From contig JAHDEJ010000017.1 of the NCBI GenBank assembly GCA_020628865.1, forward strand, positions 1,534 to 65,533: DNA of 64,000 bases. The letters are read 5' to 3'. Under the pieces are notes generated by a model. That model was given only the letters and a program-made list of their open reading frames with translations, was not told the DNA's origin and ran no database searches. Made by a program: the position numbers and the translations under genes. This stretch comes from Acidimicrobiales bacterium (GTDB lineage Bacteria > Actinomycetota > Acidimicrobiia > Acidimicrobiales > SHLQ01). Positions 47,554 through 57,379 of the stretch are shown here, in pieces; position 1 is the stretch's first letter, and each line of letters opens with the position of its first letter.

Positions 47554-49307
47554 CCGCTCCCGGCCCACGCGTCCCATCGAACATCGGCGCAACGCTGCGC
47601 CGCCTCTTCGGCTACCTGTTGATCCGGCGGGTGGTCGTTGCGGGCGCGGTCCTGCTGCTGCTCGCCGGGCTGCTGTTGCAGTCCATCCAGCCGTTGTTGT
47701 TCGGCAACGCCGTCGACGACGTGTTCGAAGGCCAGACCGACGGACTCGGCAGTCAGGCGCTGCTCATTCTGGTGCTCGCGCTCGTCACGTTCGTCCTGCG
47801 GTGGGCGGCAGCGAACCTGATTGCCATCGCCGCACAAACGGCGATGCGTCGGCTCAGACAGGAACTGTTCGAGAAGCTGCAGACGTTGTCGCTCGGCTTT
47901 CACGAGTCCCGTTCGTCCGGCGACCTGATGAGCCGGGTCACGTCCGACACCGAGGTCATCAACACGTTCCTCTCGTCGTCGTTGTTCGGCCTGGTTTCGG
48001 CGATGATCCAGATGGTCGCCATCACGGTGATCATGTTCAGCCTGGACGTCGTCCTCGCCATCGTCGTCCTGTTGATCGCCCCGCTGTCGCTGCTGGTGAT
48101 GAGTCGGATCGGCAAGCAGGTCGCCCGCAATTTCACGATCCTGCAAGGAGCGGTCGGGTCGATCAACGGCTACCTCGAGGAGCGGGTCACCGGCCAGAAG
48201 ACGTTGCAGGCCTACGGGCAGCAGGGGGCAACGCTCGAGGAGCTGCGCGAGCGATCGCTGGTCGCCCGCGACGCCGATCAGAAGGCATCGTTCCTCGGCT
48301 GGATGGTGATGCCGACCGTGCGGCTGGTCGGCAACGCCGATGTGGCTGCCATCGCGTTGATCGGTGGGATCATGGCGTCGAACGGTCGGGTCGGGGTCGG
48401 CACCGTCGTGGCCTTCCTGGGTTTCTCTCAGCAGTTCGCCATGCCGGTCGGTGCCATTTCTCGTTCGATCAATTCCGCGATCCAGTCGGCAGCGGGTGCG
48501 AACCGCGTCTTCGAGCTCCTCGACGAACAGCCCGCCATCACGGATGGCGAGGCGGCCAGGCCCTTCTCGCGGGCGGAGGGCGACGTGGTCTTCGACAACG
48601 TCGACTTCAGCTACGACACCGGCGGGCAGATCCTTTTCGACAATTCGTTCCACGCCCGACCCGGGCAGATGATCGGCATGGTCGGCCCGACGGGTGCCGG
48701 AAAGTCCACCATCATCAACCTGATCGGCCGGTTCTACGAGATCGACGACGGCGAGATCCGTCTCGACGGGGAACCCATCGTCGAACTCAAGCTGGACGAC
48801 CTGCGGCTGCGGGCTGCCGTCGTGCTGCAGACGCCGTTCCTCTTCAGCGAGACCGTCATGTACAACCTCAAGTACGGGCGGAGCGACGCGTCCGACGAGG
48901 AATGCATCGAAGCGGCGAAGGATGCGAACGCCCATCGGTTCATCGAACGGCTGCCCGACGGCTACGACACGGTGCTCTCCGAGGGCGGATCGAACCTCTC
49001 GCAGGGACAACGGCAGCTGCTCACCATCGCCCGGGCGATCGTGGCTCGACCCGACGTGCTGATCCTCGACGAGGCGACCTCATCGGTCGACACCCGCACG
49101 GAACGTGCCATTCAGCTGGCGATGAATCGACTGATGGAAGGACGAACGTCGTTCGTCATCGCCCACCGCCTGTCGACCATCCGGCACGCCGATCTCATCA
49201 TCGCCCTGGACGGTGGCGTGATCCGGGAGATCGGCCCGCACGAGGAACTGCTCGCAAACCGCGGGTTCTACCACGACCTGTTCATGCAGCAGTTCGCTCG
49301 GACCTGA
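47550..49307 (+). CDS. ABC exporter, fused permease-ATPase (MdlB-like partner)
   Basis: The start overlaps the upstream stop (ATGA). It has Walker A GPTGAGKST, signature LSQGQRQL and Walker B VLILDEATS. It is probably the heterodimer partner of the preceding gene. Confidence 0.9.
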   Translation: MTAPGPRVPSNIGATLRRLFGYLLIRRVVVAGAVLLLLAGLLLQSIQPLLFGNAVDDVFEGQTDGLGSQALLILVLALVTFVLRWAAANLIAIAAQTAMRRLRQELFEKLQTLSLGFHESRSSGDLMSRVTSDTEVINTFLSSSLFGLVSAMIQMVAITVIMFSLDVVLAIVVLLIAPLSLLVMSRIGKQVARNFTILQGAVGSINGYLEERVTGQKTLQAYGQQGATLEELRERSLVARDADQKASFLGWMVMPTVRLVGNADVAAIALIGGIMASNGRVGVGTVVAFLGFSQQFAMPVGAISRSINSAIQSAAGANRVFELLDEQPAITDGEAARPFSRAEGDVVFDNVDFSYDTGGQILFDNSFHARPGQMIGMVGPTGAGKSTIINLIGRFYEIDDGEIRLDGEPIVELKLDDLRLRAAVVLQTPFLFSETVMYNLKYGRSDASDEECIEAAKDANAHRFIERLPDGYDTVLSEGGSNLSQGQRQLLTIARAIVARPDVLILDEATSSVDTRTERAIQLAMNRLMEGRTSFVIAHRLSTIRHADLIIALDGGVIREIGPHEELLANRGFYHDLFMQQFART

Positions 49308-49901
49308 TCAGCGCAGATCCTCGGCGGCCTGGCGAACCTGTCGATCCCGGTCGTGGAGCGCCCGTTCGAGTGCCGCAGTGACCTCGGGACCGTCGAACGG
49401 CGCAAGTGCCAGCACGGCTCGCCGTCGGACCGGTGGCTTGTCGTCGAGGCCCGCAAGGATGGTGGGCAGGCCGTCGGGGTGGCCGATGGCGCCGAGGGCG
49501 GCAATGGCGGCCTCCCTGCAGATGGCGATGGTGTGTTCGATGCCGACACGGTTCAAGGCGGCCACGATCAGCGGATCGTCGTCCTCACGTTCGCCGAGTG
49601 CCCATGCCGCCGTCTCGACGACGAGGTCGTCCGGGTCCGACAGGAGCCCGACCAATGGCACCTCGCCGGCGATCGCCAGTTCGATTGCCCGGCAGCGGAC
49701 GTCGCGATCGGGATCCTCGAGACCTCGGGTGAGGTCGTCGTCGGTGAGCACGCCGGCCCGCAGACGCGCGCCCAACGAGAGGATGCGCAAGACTGGATCC
49801 GCCGAGGCACTTGCCCGGTCGAGCACAGCGATGTCCGCCGTGGTTCCGGCGAGCACGACGTCGGATCGATCGGGGTCGGGTGACTGGGCCATACGACTCA
49901 A
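49308..49901 (-). CDS. HEAT-repeat (PBS-lyase-HEAT-like) protein
   Basis: Repeats include DPDRDVRCRAIELA, DPDDLVVETAAWALGE, CREAAIAALGAIG, KPPVRRRAVLALA and DRDRQVRQAAEDL. Its stop abuts the convergent ABC gene stop (TGATCA). Confidence 0.6.
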   Translation of the reverse strand: MSRMAQSPDPDRSDVVLAGTTADIAVLDRASASADPVLRILSLGARLRAGVLTDDDLTRGLEDPDRDVRCRAIELAIAGEVPLVGLLSDPDDLVVETAAWALGEREDDDPLIVAALNRVGIEHTIAICREAAIAALGAIGHPDGLPTILAGLDDKPPVRRRAVLALAPFDGPEVTAALERALHDRDRQVRQAAEDLR

Positions 49902-49958
49902 GAACTCGACCGTGGATCCGATGGGACCACTCGCCTGCTGTCGCGATCACCTGGAGAA

Positions 49959-50639
49959 ATGAACATGTCACACATTGTCGTGTATGAATCGGCCGATGGT
50001 GCGTCCGGCTTCGAACGGTGTGGAAGCCTCGATGCGGCCATCGTCGCCGCCGAGCGACTGCGCAATGTCGAGGGAGTGACCTCACCGCGCATCTTCAAGC
50101 TCGAAGAGGTGCAGTTCGACTTCCGCCCGTACTTCCGGGTCGAGGTGAACGACGACGATGCTTCGCCGTCGGCAGCGCCGGTCGAGCGCACGGTGATTCC
50201 CGAGCCGCCGGTGATGGCTGCTCCCGAGGTGGCCGCGCCCGCCGAGGCGCCGGCACCTGAGCCGGAACCGGTTGTCGAACCCGAACCGATCGCGTCCGTC
50301 GAGGACATCGCCGATGCTCCCTCAGCCGAGCCGGTCAACGACCCGTTTGCGGAGACGTCGGACGACTCGACCGACTGGGTCACCGCCGATTCGGACAGCC
50401 AGGAAGCTGCCTTCGAACCGGAAGCCGAACTCGAGGCGATCTTCGCCACCGATCCGGAACCGGTACCGGAGAACACCGGCGAGGCATTGTTCGATTCGCT
50501 CCAGGGCGAGGCCCCCGACCCGGAGACCGTGTTCGACGACGTGGCCGATGTGGCCGAGGCCGCTGAAGAGGCGCCGATCGTCGAGGTTCCCGAGCCGGAC
50601 TCGATGGTGAGCGTCCGCAAGGGGCTCTTCGGACGCTGA
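49959..50639 (+). CDS. hypothetical protein: small N-terminal domain plus a long acidic, Pro/Glu/Ala-rich disordered tail
   Basis: This 226-aa ORF has GC-rich third positions. No family was recognised. Its strand is consistent with the neighbours. Confidence 0.5.
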   Translation: MNMSHIVVYESADGASGFERCGSLDAAIVAAERLRNVEGVTSPRIFKLEEVQFDFRPYFRVEVNDDDASPSAAPVERTVIPEPPVMAAPEVAAPAEAPAPEPEPVVEPEPIASVEDIADAPSAEPVNDPFAETSDDSTDWVTADSDSQEAAFEPEAELEAIFATDPEPVPENTGEALFDSLQGEAPDPETVFDDVADVAEAAEEAPIVEVPEPDSMVSVRKGLFGR

Positions 50640-50646
50640 GCGTGGC

Positions 50647-50928
50647 TCAGCTGCTGATGGCCTGTTCGAGCAGGAACCCGGCGACCAGGATCACGGAGCC
50701 GATCATGCCCGCAACGGCAACACCCAGGAACACCACCAGACCGATGAGCAGGAACAACGAGGTGATGCGCCGCAGCACCGACGGGTACGCGTCGGGGCCG
50801 TACTCTGCCTGCGCAGGCGGCTGGAAGCCGACGCCCAACTTCTGCAACAGCGAACGCTCGGGACGAGGCTCGATGGGCAGTTGCCGAGGTGACGGAGGGT
50901 TTTCACCGTGTCGTGCGATGCTGGTCAT
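50647..50928 (-). CDS. possible small membrane protein (two C-terminal TM helices)
   Basis: This 93-aa ORF has a hydrophobic hairpin ITSLFLLIGLVVFLGVAVAGMIGSVILVAGFLL and G/C-biased third positions. Its start abuts or overlaps the divergent PDZ-protease start. Confidence 0.4.
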   Translation of the reverse strand: MTSIARHGENPPSPRQLPIEPRPERSLLQKLGVGFQPPAQAEYGPDAYPSVLRRITSLFLLIGLVVFLGVAVAGMIGSVILVAGFLLEQAISS

Positions 50929-52275
50929 GTGCTGGACAGCGTAGTCACTCCCCCCGCCGACGCGACGGCAGAGGACACGTCACCGGGCGGCTCGTTCGTC
51001 TACTGGTTCGTGCTCGCGCTGGTGATGTTCGGGATCGGTGTGGCGCTCACGCTGTTCCGGATTCCGTACCTCGTGCTCGAGCCCGGCTCGACGTTCGAGA
51101 CGGAGGAGTTCGTCCAGGTCGAGGGCGCCGCGTCCTTCGAGAGCCCCGATGGTGAGGTCCGATTCGTCACCGTCACCCAGCGTCGGCTCTCGCCGGTTGG
51201 CTGGCTGATCTCGCGGTTCCGGGAGTCGGATCGCATCTTCCACGAGGACGAGCTGCTGCGCGGGCGCACGTTCGACGAGCAGCGCGAAGAAAACGCGCAG
51301 CTCATGCTGACCTCGCAGAGTAATTCGATCGCTGCGGCGCTCACCCAGCTCGGCTTCGAGGTTTCGGAGCCGGCCGGTGTCGTCGTGATCGACGTGGTCG
51401 ACGGCGGGGCCCTCGACGGCGTCGTCAGCCGGAACGACGTGATCACGGCGGTGGATGGCCAGACCTTCACGACTGTGCAGGAACTGTTCGACGTGCTCGA
51501 TCCGCGCCAACCGGGGGAGGAGGTCACGTTGCTGGTCAACCCACCGGGCGAAGCACCGATCGACGTGCCGGTCACCCTCACCGGAGACACTGCGGCCTTC
51601 CTCGGCGTTGCTCGGGGCGCGGAAGTGACCGACGCTGGCGACGGCGCCGTCATCGACGATGTGGTGCCCGGGGGTCCGGTCGCCGACCTCCTGGCCGCCG
51701 GAGACCGAATCACCCAGCTCGATGGTCAGCCGATCACGAACTTCGAGGACCTCGTGGTGTCGCTCTCCGATCGGCGCTCGGGCGACGTCGTCATGCTCGA
51801 AGCCGTTCGGCTCGACGGTTCGCTCGTGACCGGCGATGTGGAACTTGGAAGCCGGGCGCTCGAACGGGCCGGGTTGTTCAATGCGGCCACGCAGTTCCGC
51901 GATGCCGAGCTTCCCTTCAGCGTCGACATCCTGACGGAGGACGTGGGCGGCCCGTCGGCGGGTCTCGCCTTCACGATCACGGTGCTCGATGTGCTGACCG
52001 AGGGCGATCTGACCGGTGGCAACCAGATCGTGGTCACGGGAACGATGAATCGGGATGGCAGTGTCGGAGCGATCGGCGGGGTGCATCAGAAGGCTTTTGC
52101 CGCACGCGACGCCGACGCTGCGGTCTTCATCGTTCCCTCCGCGAACTTCGATGAAGCTCGCGCCGCGGTCGACGATCTTCGGATCGAACCGGTGGACACG
52201 CTGGCCGATGCGCTGGCGATCATCGGTGAGCTCGGCGGAAACGTGGACGAGCTTCCAACCGACGGCACCCTCTGA
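50908..52275 (+). CDS. membrane-anchored PDZ-domain protein with a Lon-type (S16) C-terminal protease domain (YlbL / Rv3194c-like)
   Basis: It has a TM helix FVYWFVLALVMFGIGVALTLF and two PDZ-like segments. The C-terminal S16 motifs are GGPSAGLAFTI and GTMNRDGSVGAIGGVHQK. The start is GTG 50908 or GTG 50929. Confidence 0.8.
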   Translation: MSCDAGHVLDSVVTPPADATAEDTSPGGSFVYWFVLALVMFGIGVALTLFRIPYLVLEPGSTFETEEFVQVEGAASFESPDGEVRFVTVTQRRLSPVGWLISRFRESDRIFHEDELLRGRTFDEQREENAQLMLTSQSNSIAAALTQLGFEVSEPAGVVVIDVVDGGALDGVVSRNDVITAVDGQTFTTVQELFDVLDPRQPGEEVTLLVNPPGEAPIDVPVTLTGDTAAFLGVARGAEVTDAGDGAVIDDVVPGGPVADLLAAGDRITQLDGQPITNFEDLVVSLSDRRSGDVVMLEAVRLDGSLVTGDVELGSRALERAGLFNAATQFRDAELPFSVDILTEDVGGPSAGLAFTITVLDVLTEGDLTGGNQIVVTGTMNRDGSVGAIGGVHQKAFAARDADAAVFIVPSANFDEARAAVDDLRIEPVDTLADALAIIGELGGNVDELPTDGTL

Positions 52276-52362
52276 ATTGGCGCTGTTCTTGGGCTCGGCC
52301 CGCCAAAAGTGGGCCATGGTGATCACAGAACCACGTTTCGTGGGGACGTACCATTGCGTTCG

Positions 52363-54345
52363 ATGGATGGCTCCACCGACAACCTGACGCCGGCCGAGGT
52401 CGCCAAGAAGACCTTTGGGTCACGCCTGCGCGGCGTGGACCCCCAAGAGGTCACCGCGTACCTCGAGCGGGTTTCCACCCAATTGCGCACCGCCGAGACC
52501 GACCGTGACGCCTGGAAGGCCGAGGTCGAACGCCTCCGCGAGGAGGTCGCCTCGCTGCAGGAGTCGCTCGTCCAGGAGCAGGCCGAACCGGACGAGGCCG
52601 CGCTCACCGAACAGCTCGGACAGGAGGCGGGTCGCGTGCTCACCGAAGCGCGGGCCGCTGCCGCCGATCGTCTCGCAGAAGCGGAGGCCGAGGCCGCAGA
52701 CATCATCGCGGCAGCCGAGGAGCTGCACGCCGAACGATCTCGGGCCGCTGATGCCGAGGCCGAACGGCTCCGCGCTGCCGCGCTCGACGAGGAGCGCCGC
52801 CGGTTGGAGGCGGCCGACGACGAGGCCGGAACCATCCGTGATCGTGCCCGTCAGGACGCCGAGTCGATTCGGGCGGAAGCCGGTGTCGATCAACAATCCG
52901 CCGACGCCGAAGCGGCGCGCATCGTTCGTGAAGCCGAACTCACCCGCCGCCGGATTCTCGAGGACCTCGCTCGGCGCCGCTCCGCCGCTCGACGGCAGAT
53001 CGAACAGCTACGCGCCGGCCGGGAACGGCTGTTGGCATCGCACGAGGTCGTCCGCCGGGCACTGGAAGAGATCAGCGAAGAACTGAACATCTCCATGTCG
53101 GAGGCGCGGGCCGCTGCGGAGACGGCGGGTCACAACGTGAGCGACTCCACGCTCGAGGAGATCGAGGCAGAAATCGAGACGGCCAAGCTGGCCGGTCTGT
53201 TGGACACCGGTCCCGTTCCCGTGGTCGCACCCGCCCGGACTCGGGCGGAAATGACGTCCGAGCCAACGATTGAAATGGCCCCGGTCGCCGCGGCCGAGGA
53301 TGCGTCGACGTCGGTCGAGGAACCGGCGGCCGAGCCCGAAGCGCTCGAGCCGGAGGAACCCGCGGCAGCGGAAGACACCGTCCCCGCCGACGAGGGCAGC
53401 GACGAGGACGCCGTCGCCGCGCCGGACATCGGACGTTCGGACGACGCGGCAGCCGGAGACGATGGCGATGGTCCGCTCGCCGAAGTGGTGAGCCTGACTG
53501 CCGCCCGCCAGGACGTCGACACGGATCGACATCCGGCGAACCGCAGGTCGACAAAGCCGAGGGACCAGGAACCCGAATCGGCGCCGGTGCCCGAGCCGCT
53601 GGAAGTGGTGAGCGCCGTCGACGACTCTGACGAACCTGACGAACCAGACGAGCCCTCGGAACCGGACGAGGTCGAGGTCGCCGCGGTGGACGAGCCGGTA
53701 GAGGTGGAAGCGCCGGCAGAGGTCGAGGAGCCAGCGGAGGTCGTCGAGCCGGTTGCCGCCGACGCCGAGCCCGAACCGGAGCCCGAAGCTGCACCGGAGT
53801 CAGAGCCCGAACCCGAGGCTGACCCGACCAGGGTGGACAGCCTTTTCGCTCGCATGCGTCAGACCCAGGACGCGGCCGTCGTGGCGGAAGCGGCCGAAGC
53901 CGACACCGCACCCGCGGGCGAATCCGATGCTGCGACCGAGGCCGGCGTCGCTCCCCAGCAACTTGCCGACGAGGTCGGACGGAAGCTGAAGCGGGTGCTG
54001 GCCGATGAGCAGAGCGAGGTGCTCTCGACGCTCCGGGCAGGAACCGACGGCGCCACCGTCGAAGGACTGCTCGGCACCGAAGCCGATCATCGCCTCCGCT
54101 ACTGGTCGGCGACGGAGGCCGTGCTGGGCGACGGCGTTGCCGATGCACCCGAGGCCGAGGCCGAGATCGGCCGCCTCGTCGAAGGAATCCGGCGACGGGT
54201 GGACGCCTGCCTCACCGACGTGTCCGACGATCCGGACGCCGTCGTGGACCGGCTGCGCAGCGTCTACCGCGAGGTGAAGACCCAGCGGATCGCAGAGCAC
54301 TCGCAGATCATTTGTGGTGCCGTGAAGGATCTCAACGCCAGCTGA
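52363..54345 (+). CDS. DivIVA-domain protein with a long coiled-coil and an acidic Pro/Glu repeat region
   Basis: ATG 52363 lies in ORF 52309..54345. The N-terminus LTPAEVAKKTFGSRLRGVDPQEVTAYLERV is the DivIVA signature. An Ala/Glu/Arg coiled-coil follows, with DEPDEPDEPSEPDE and EPEPEPEA tracts. Confidence 0.75.
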   Translation: MDGSTDNLTPAEVAKKTFGSRLRGVDPQEVTAYLERVSTQLRTAETDRDAWKAEVERLREEVASLQESLVQEQAEPDEAALTEQLGQEAGRVLTEARAAAADRLAEAEAEAADIIAAAEELHAERSRAADAEAERLRAAALDEERRRLEAADDEAGTIRDRARQDAESIRAEAGVDQQSADAEAARIVREAELTRRRILEDLARRRSAARRQIEQLRAGRERLLASHEVVRRALEEISEELNISMSEARAAAETAGHNVSDSTLEEIEAEIETAKLAGLLDTGPVPVVAPARTRAEMTSEPTIEMAPVAAAEDASTSVEEPAAEPEALEPEEPAAAEDTVPADEGSDEDAVAAPDIGRSDDAAAGDDGDGPLAEVVSLTAARQDVDTDRHPANRRSTKPRDQEPESAPVPEPLEVVSAVDDSDEPDEPDEPSEPDEVEVAAVDEPVEVEAPAEVEEPAEVVEPVAADAEPEPEPEAAPESEPEPEADPTRVDSLFARMRQTQDAAVVAEAAEADTAPAGESDAATEAGVAPQQLADEVGRKLKRVLADEQSEVLSTLRAGTDGATVEGLLGTEADHRLRYWSATEAVLGDGVADAPEAEAEIGRLVEGIRRRVDACLTDVSDDPDAVVDRLRSVYREVKTQRIAEHSQIICGAVKDLNAS

Positions 54346-54384
54346 GCTCACGTCGGCGCATGGCAGCGATATCCTCGACGGGAC

Positions 54385-57363
54385 ATGGCAACTGACGAAG
54401 AAACCGAGTCCGAGAGTCGCCGCCCGGGTCGAGGCCGGATCATCGGCTTCATCGTGGTGGTGGCGCTCATCGTCCTGCTCGCATCACTGCGTGGGATCTT
54501 TGGCCTCTACACGGACTATCTCTGGTACGACGACATCGGACGTACCGACGAATGGACGACCGTTCTGTCGGCCCAGATCATCCTGTCCGTCATCTTCATC
54601 GCGGTGTTTTTCGTACTCGCGTGGATCAACCTGGTCATCGCCGACCGCATTGCGCCGGCCCTGCGCCCACCCGGCCCCGAAGAGGAGCTGTTGGTGCGGT
54701 GGCACGAGACCATCGGCCGGCGCACCGGCCTCATCCGCTTTGCCATCGCCGGCTTCTTCGCACTGGTCGCCGGCGGGGGCGCGGCGTCGCAGTGGAACGA
54801 GTGGATCCTGTTCACCAACCCGGTGGACTTCGGCACGACCGAACCGGTCTTCGGCCGCGACATTGCGTTCTACATCTTCCGGCTGCCGTTCCTGAACTTC
54901 GTCGTCAGCTGGTTCTTCGCCGCATTCATCATCATCGGCATCATCACGGCCATCTGGCACTACATCAACGGCGGCATCCGCATTCAGACCGTCGACCGGC
55001 GGAGCACCCCGCAGGTCAAGGCCCACCTGTCGATCATCCTGGCCTTTCTGGCCCTCTTCAAGGCCGCCGACTACTACCTGCAGCGGTTCGACCTGTTGAC
55101 CTCCCAGCAGGGCTTCGCCCGCGGCGCCTTCTACACCGATCTGAACGCCTCCCTCCCCGCAATTCAGCTCCTGCTGTTGATCTCGCTGTTCTCGGTGGGG
55201 CTGCTGGTGGCCAACATCTGGCGCCGCGGCTGGGCGCTGCCGTCGATCGCTGTCGGGCTCTGGGCGCTGATCGCCGTCATCGCCGGTGGCATCTACCCGG
55301 CCGTCATCCAGCAGCTGCAGGTGTCTCCCGACCAGGAGGCGCGTGAACGCCCGTACATCGAACGGAACATCGAGGGCACCCGGGCCGCGTTCGAACTGGA
55401 CGCCGTGAACACGGGCGACTTCGTCTACACCGGCGACATCGAGGTCGACGAGCTGCTCCAGCATCGCAACGTCCTCAGCAACGCTCGCCTGCTCGACCCA
55501 CGCATCGTCGACGATTCGTTCACCCTCAACCAGAAGGACCGCGACTTCTACCGCGACTTCGACGAGTCGCTCGACATCGACCGGTACGTGATCGACGGCG
55601 AGCTCACCCCGATGGTCGTCGGTGTGCGCGAGTTGGGGTCCATCAACGCGGCGTCGTGGGAAGAACTCCACGCTGTCAACACTCACGGCTACGGCATCGT
55701 CATGGCGCCGGCCAACCGCGTCGACGAGAACGGCGTCCCCCAGTTCGTCGTCCGTGACGCACCGCTCGAGTCCGACCTGGACGAGATCCAGATCGATCAG
55801 CCCCAGATCTACTTTGGCGAGAACAACACGCCGTACGCCGTCGTTTCGACCACGCAGAACGAGTTCGAGCCGGGCAACGCCGGAGGCTTCAACTACGACG
55901 GTGAGGGTGGCGTGCCCATGTCGTCGTTCCTGCAGCGGCTCGCCTTCTCGTTCCGCTTCGGAGAGATCGAGCCGTTGATCTCGGGCACGCTCACCGACGA
56001 GTCCGAGGTGCTGTTCATTCGGGACATCGTCGATCGGGCCCGCCGGATCGCCCCCTTCCTCCAGTACGACAGCAACCCGTACGCCGTCGTGTCCGACGGC
56101 GGCATCAGCTGGATCATCGATGCGTACACCACGTCGAGCGACTACCCGTACTCCGACCTCGCCCCGACCACGCAGCTGCCCGACGAGTCCGACCTGAATC
56201 GGAACTTCAACTACGTGCGCAACTCGGTGAAGGTCGTGGTCGATGCCTACGACGGTTCCGTCGAGTTCTACGCAGTGGATGAGCCCGGCGATCCGGACGC
56301 CGATCCGATCCTGTGGGCCTACCGTCAGCAATTCGACGGCCTCTTCCGGAGCATGGACGAGATGCCCGCAGACATCCGGGAGCACCTGCGCTTCCCGGAA
56401 GACCTGTTCCGGGTGCAGACGGAACTGTGGGGTCGCTACCAGCTCGAGGATGTGAGTGAGTTCTTCACGGCCAACCTGGCCTGGGAAGTCGCTGCGAACA
56501 CCGACTCGGTGTCGGGCGGCCAGGAAGTCTTCATCGTCGATGCGAACGACGCGACCCAGGTGATCGGCCGGACCGGGCGACGGGTGGATCCCTTCTACCA
56601 GGTCCTCGAACTTCCCGACGAAGACGAACCGTCCTTCGTCGTTTCCCGCTCGTACGTGCCCCGGTCACTCAACGACGGCATCCGCGAGATCACGGCCTAC
56701 ATCATCGGTCGGGTCGACGAGAACGGAAATCCCGAGTTGCGTCAGTACCTCATGTCGACCGGCGCCAACGTCGAAGTCGATGGACCGAGCAACATTCACG
56801 AGCTCCTGAGCATCGACCCGGTCATCTCCGAGGAGCAGACACAGCTCAGCCAGGCGGGATCCGAGTTCCTGGCCGGCAACCTGCTGCCACTGCTCATCGA
56901 CGACGCAATCATCTACGTCCGCCCGTACTACGTGCGCCCCGAGCCCGAGTCCGACACGTCGAACCAGACGACCGAGCCGGCCATCCAGTTCGTCGCCGTC
57001 GTGGTCGAGGACTCGATCGGGTTCGCGCCGACCTATGCCGAGGCGATGGCCGCGCTGTTCAACATCTCCGTGGCGGACGCCGCGGCGATCACGGGAACGG
57101 CCGTGCCGACGGGCGTGGACGCCGACCGTCCGCCGACCGGTGTGATCGGCCCAGACAGCCCAAGCGGCGTCCAGGAGCGTCTGGCCGACATTCTTGAGCG
57201 GCTCAACTCGGCCGAGGAAGCGTTGCCGGACTTCGCCGAGTACGAGCGTCTCCAGGAGGACGCACTTGCCGACCTCGAGCGACTGCTGCGGGATCTGGAG
57301 GCCGGCGAGGTTCCTGAGGTGCTCGGCGAAGAGGAACCGGAAGAAACCTCGGCGAACGCCTGA
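54385..57363 (+). CDS. UPF0182-family large membrane protein (Rv3193c-like)
   Basis: The product is 992 aa. N-terminal TM helices carry LYTDYLWYDDIG, and a large extracytoplasmic domain and acidic tail follow, matching the actinobacterial UPF0182 layout. Confidence 0.9.
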   Translation: MATDEETESESRRPGRGRIIGFIVVVALIVLLASLRGIFGLYTDYLWYDDIGRTDEWTTVLSAQIILSVIFIAVFFVLAWINLVIADRIAPALRPPGPEEELLVRWHETIGRRTGLIRFAIAGFFALVAGGGAASQWNEWILFTNPVDFGTTEPVFGRDIAFYIFRLPFLNFVVSWFFAAFIIIGIITAIWHYINGGIRIQTVDRRSTPQVKAHLSIILAFLALFKAADYYLQRFDLLTSQQGFARGAFYTDLNASLPAIQLLLLISLFSVGLLVANIWRRGWALPSIAVGLWALIAVIAGGIYPAVIQQLQVSPDQEARERPYIERNIEGTRAAFELDAVNTGDFVYTGDIEVDELLQHRNVLSNARLLDPRIVDDSFTLNQKDRDFYRDFDESLDIDRYVIDGELTPMVVGVRELGSINAASWEELHAVNTHGYGIVMAPANRVDENGVPQFVVRDAPLESDLDEIQIDQPQIYFGENNTPYAVVSTTQNEFEPGNAGGFNYDGEGGVPMSSFLQRLAFSFRFGEIEPLISGTLTDESEVLFIRDIVDRARRIAPFLQYDSNPYAVVSDGGISWIIDAYTTSSDYPYSDLAPTTQLPDESDLNRNFNYVRNSVKVVVDAYDGSVEFYAVDEPGDPDADPILWAYRQQFDGLFRSMDEMPADIREHLRFPEDLFRVQTELWGRYQLEDVSEFFTANLAWEVAANTDSVSGGQEVFIVDANDATQVIGRTGRRVDPFYQVLELPDEDEPSFVVSRSYVPRSLNDGIREITAYIIGRVDENGNPELRQYLMSTGANVEVDGPSNIHELLSIDPVISEEQTQLSQAGSEFLAGNLLPLLIDDAIIYVRPYYVRPEPESDTSNQTTEPAIQFVAVVVEDSIGFAPTYAEAMAALFNISVADAAAITGTAVPTGVDADRPPTGVIGPDSPSGVQERLADILERLNSAEEALPDFAEYERLQEDALADLERLLRDLEAGEVPEVLGEEEPEETSANA

Positions 57364-57379
57364 GCCCCGGCTCGGTCCG

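Noticed and set aside
45931-49010. Minus-strand ORFs 45931..47592 and 47457..49010. The same reasoning applies to 54484..56385, which is antisense to UPF0182.
   Set aside because: They are antisense to strongly supported ABC transporter and UPF0182 genes. These are high-GC artefacts.
50908-50928. A 21-nt overlap of the divergent starts of the PDZ-protease and the 93-aa membrane ORF, as a possible regulatory curiosity.
   Set aside because: Start-codon choice is ambiguous (GTG 50908 versus GTG 50929), and the small ORF itself is only moderately supported. This is not enough to build on.
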